DNA of 49,446 bases from Girardia tigrina. Its lineage: Eukaryota. The translations under genes and the position numbers were made by a program. This document shows, one piece after another, positions 48,489 through 49,446 of this stretch. Each line of letters begins with the position of its first letter. The stretch's first letter is position 1. The stretch covers positions 5,408-54,853 of the forward strand of contig MQRK01179368.1 in the NCBI GenBank assembly GCA_001938485.1, in the 5' to 3' direction. The notes under the pieces are model-generated. The model ran no database searches and had not been told where the DNA came from. It saw only the letters and a program-made list of their open reading frames with translations.

Positions 48489-49049
48489 ATGATCTTGCTG
48501 ACAAATTGAAAAATAAACGATGCCATGGTGTTAGCGGCTTCAATGCAAGAAGATGAAAAGATTAAAAGTTTAAATAATGATCATATTCGAGCGAAACCAT
48601 TATTTAAGAAAATGACTAATTTATATTATTCAATTTGTTCCACAGAAGGTGATCTATATATGTTTCATGATTTAATTGATAGAGAAAATTGTATCTTCTT
48701 AACTAAAAAGGAATTTTCTAAAAAAGTGGCATTTGCATTTTTGATTGATATTATAAATGAATTTCGTAATAAATATGGCAGTAAATTTGAAATTGCATCG
48801 AGACCGTATGCATTTATTGAGTTCGATAAAGATATTCAAAATTCACTAAAGAAATATATAGACACCCGAACACCAATAATTTTTATTCAAATTAATTCTA
48901 ATTTGAATGGTATTCAAAGAATTATGGTGAAAAGCATTGACGATGTAATTCAACGAGGAGAATCTCTGAGTGTTTTAGATGATAAATTGACAAACAATTC
49001 TTCTCTTTCCAAAACATGGAGACACGGCTTCCTGTCCATTATCCAATAA
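48489..49049 (+). pseudogene. SEC22: Intronless, damaged SEC22 (longin R-SNARE) copy lacking the transmembrane anchor; residual ORF 48525-49049
   Basis: LAASMQEDE, FSKKVAFAFL, SRPYAFIEFD and IQRIMVKSIDDVIQRGESLSVLDDK match SEC22B. The expected start MILLT (48489) is followed by an in-frame TGA, and similarity ends at SLSK before the TM helix. Confidence 0.82.
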
Positions 49050-49114
49050 AATCATGAAATAATAAAACATTAACATTTAAATATTGTAATGAAAAGAAAG
49101 GCCATTTTTTAATA

Positions 49115-49446
49115 CAGTCAACCCTCATTAATCCGAAAAATTAAAAATCGAATTCCTTTCGGATTGTGAAATAATTCGGATAATGAGGGAATATAAAATC
49201 AATATTATTATTAAATAAATGATGAAATTAATAAGAAAACGCAACTACAAAAAAACTATTTATTTAAAAAATCATCTAAAGTCGTTTGTAAAGTTTTCTT
49301 TTGAATGAATTTCCGTAAATCATCTTTAACTTCTTTTAAATTTTTTACTGTATCATTGGATATTTTTTGAGTAAAGCTGTCTGAAGAAGAACTTGCTTTG
49401 ATTATAATTTCAATGGCATGGAATAAATTTCTTGGATGTATGTTAT
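49115..49446. mobile_element. Tigger/pogo-like element end (runs off the window)
   Basis: TA|CAGTCAACCCTCATTAATCCG terminus with an internal inverted TTCGGATAATGAGG motif. Confidence 0.6.

Overview
This is very AT-rich eukaryotic DNA with five N-gaps and no prokaryotic features. Introns of 46-64 nt, abundant Tc1/mariner, hAT, Helitron and Penelope relics and (TA)n runs suggest an invertebrate, plausibly a freshwater planarian (inference). One intact spliced gene could be reconstructed by hand: a PIH1D1-like R2TP subunit on the minus strand (ATG 13002, at least 9 coding exons, running off the left edge) whose three large introns are filled with transposons. An intronless, damaged SEC22 copy lies near the right edge (48489-49049). 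The rest is a nested mosaic of mostly defective mobile elements: Tc1/mariner lineages (DD37E, DD34D, a long-TIR rosa-like element with DD46D spacing, a maT-like element with DD45D spacing, pogo), hAT elements (five with 8-bp TSDs), a MULE, Helitrons/Helentrons, a Gypsy integrase fragment, a LINE RT fragment and Penelope-like elements carrying minimal hammerhead ribozymes. The most notable items are an inverted Penelope pair with a hammerhead on each strand, two transposases with expanded catalytic spacing, a cluster of GGTGC-N4-GCACC palindromes and possible remnants of a decayed multi-exon gene. All family assignments come from motif recognition by eye; no database searches were run.
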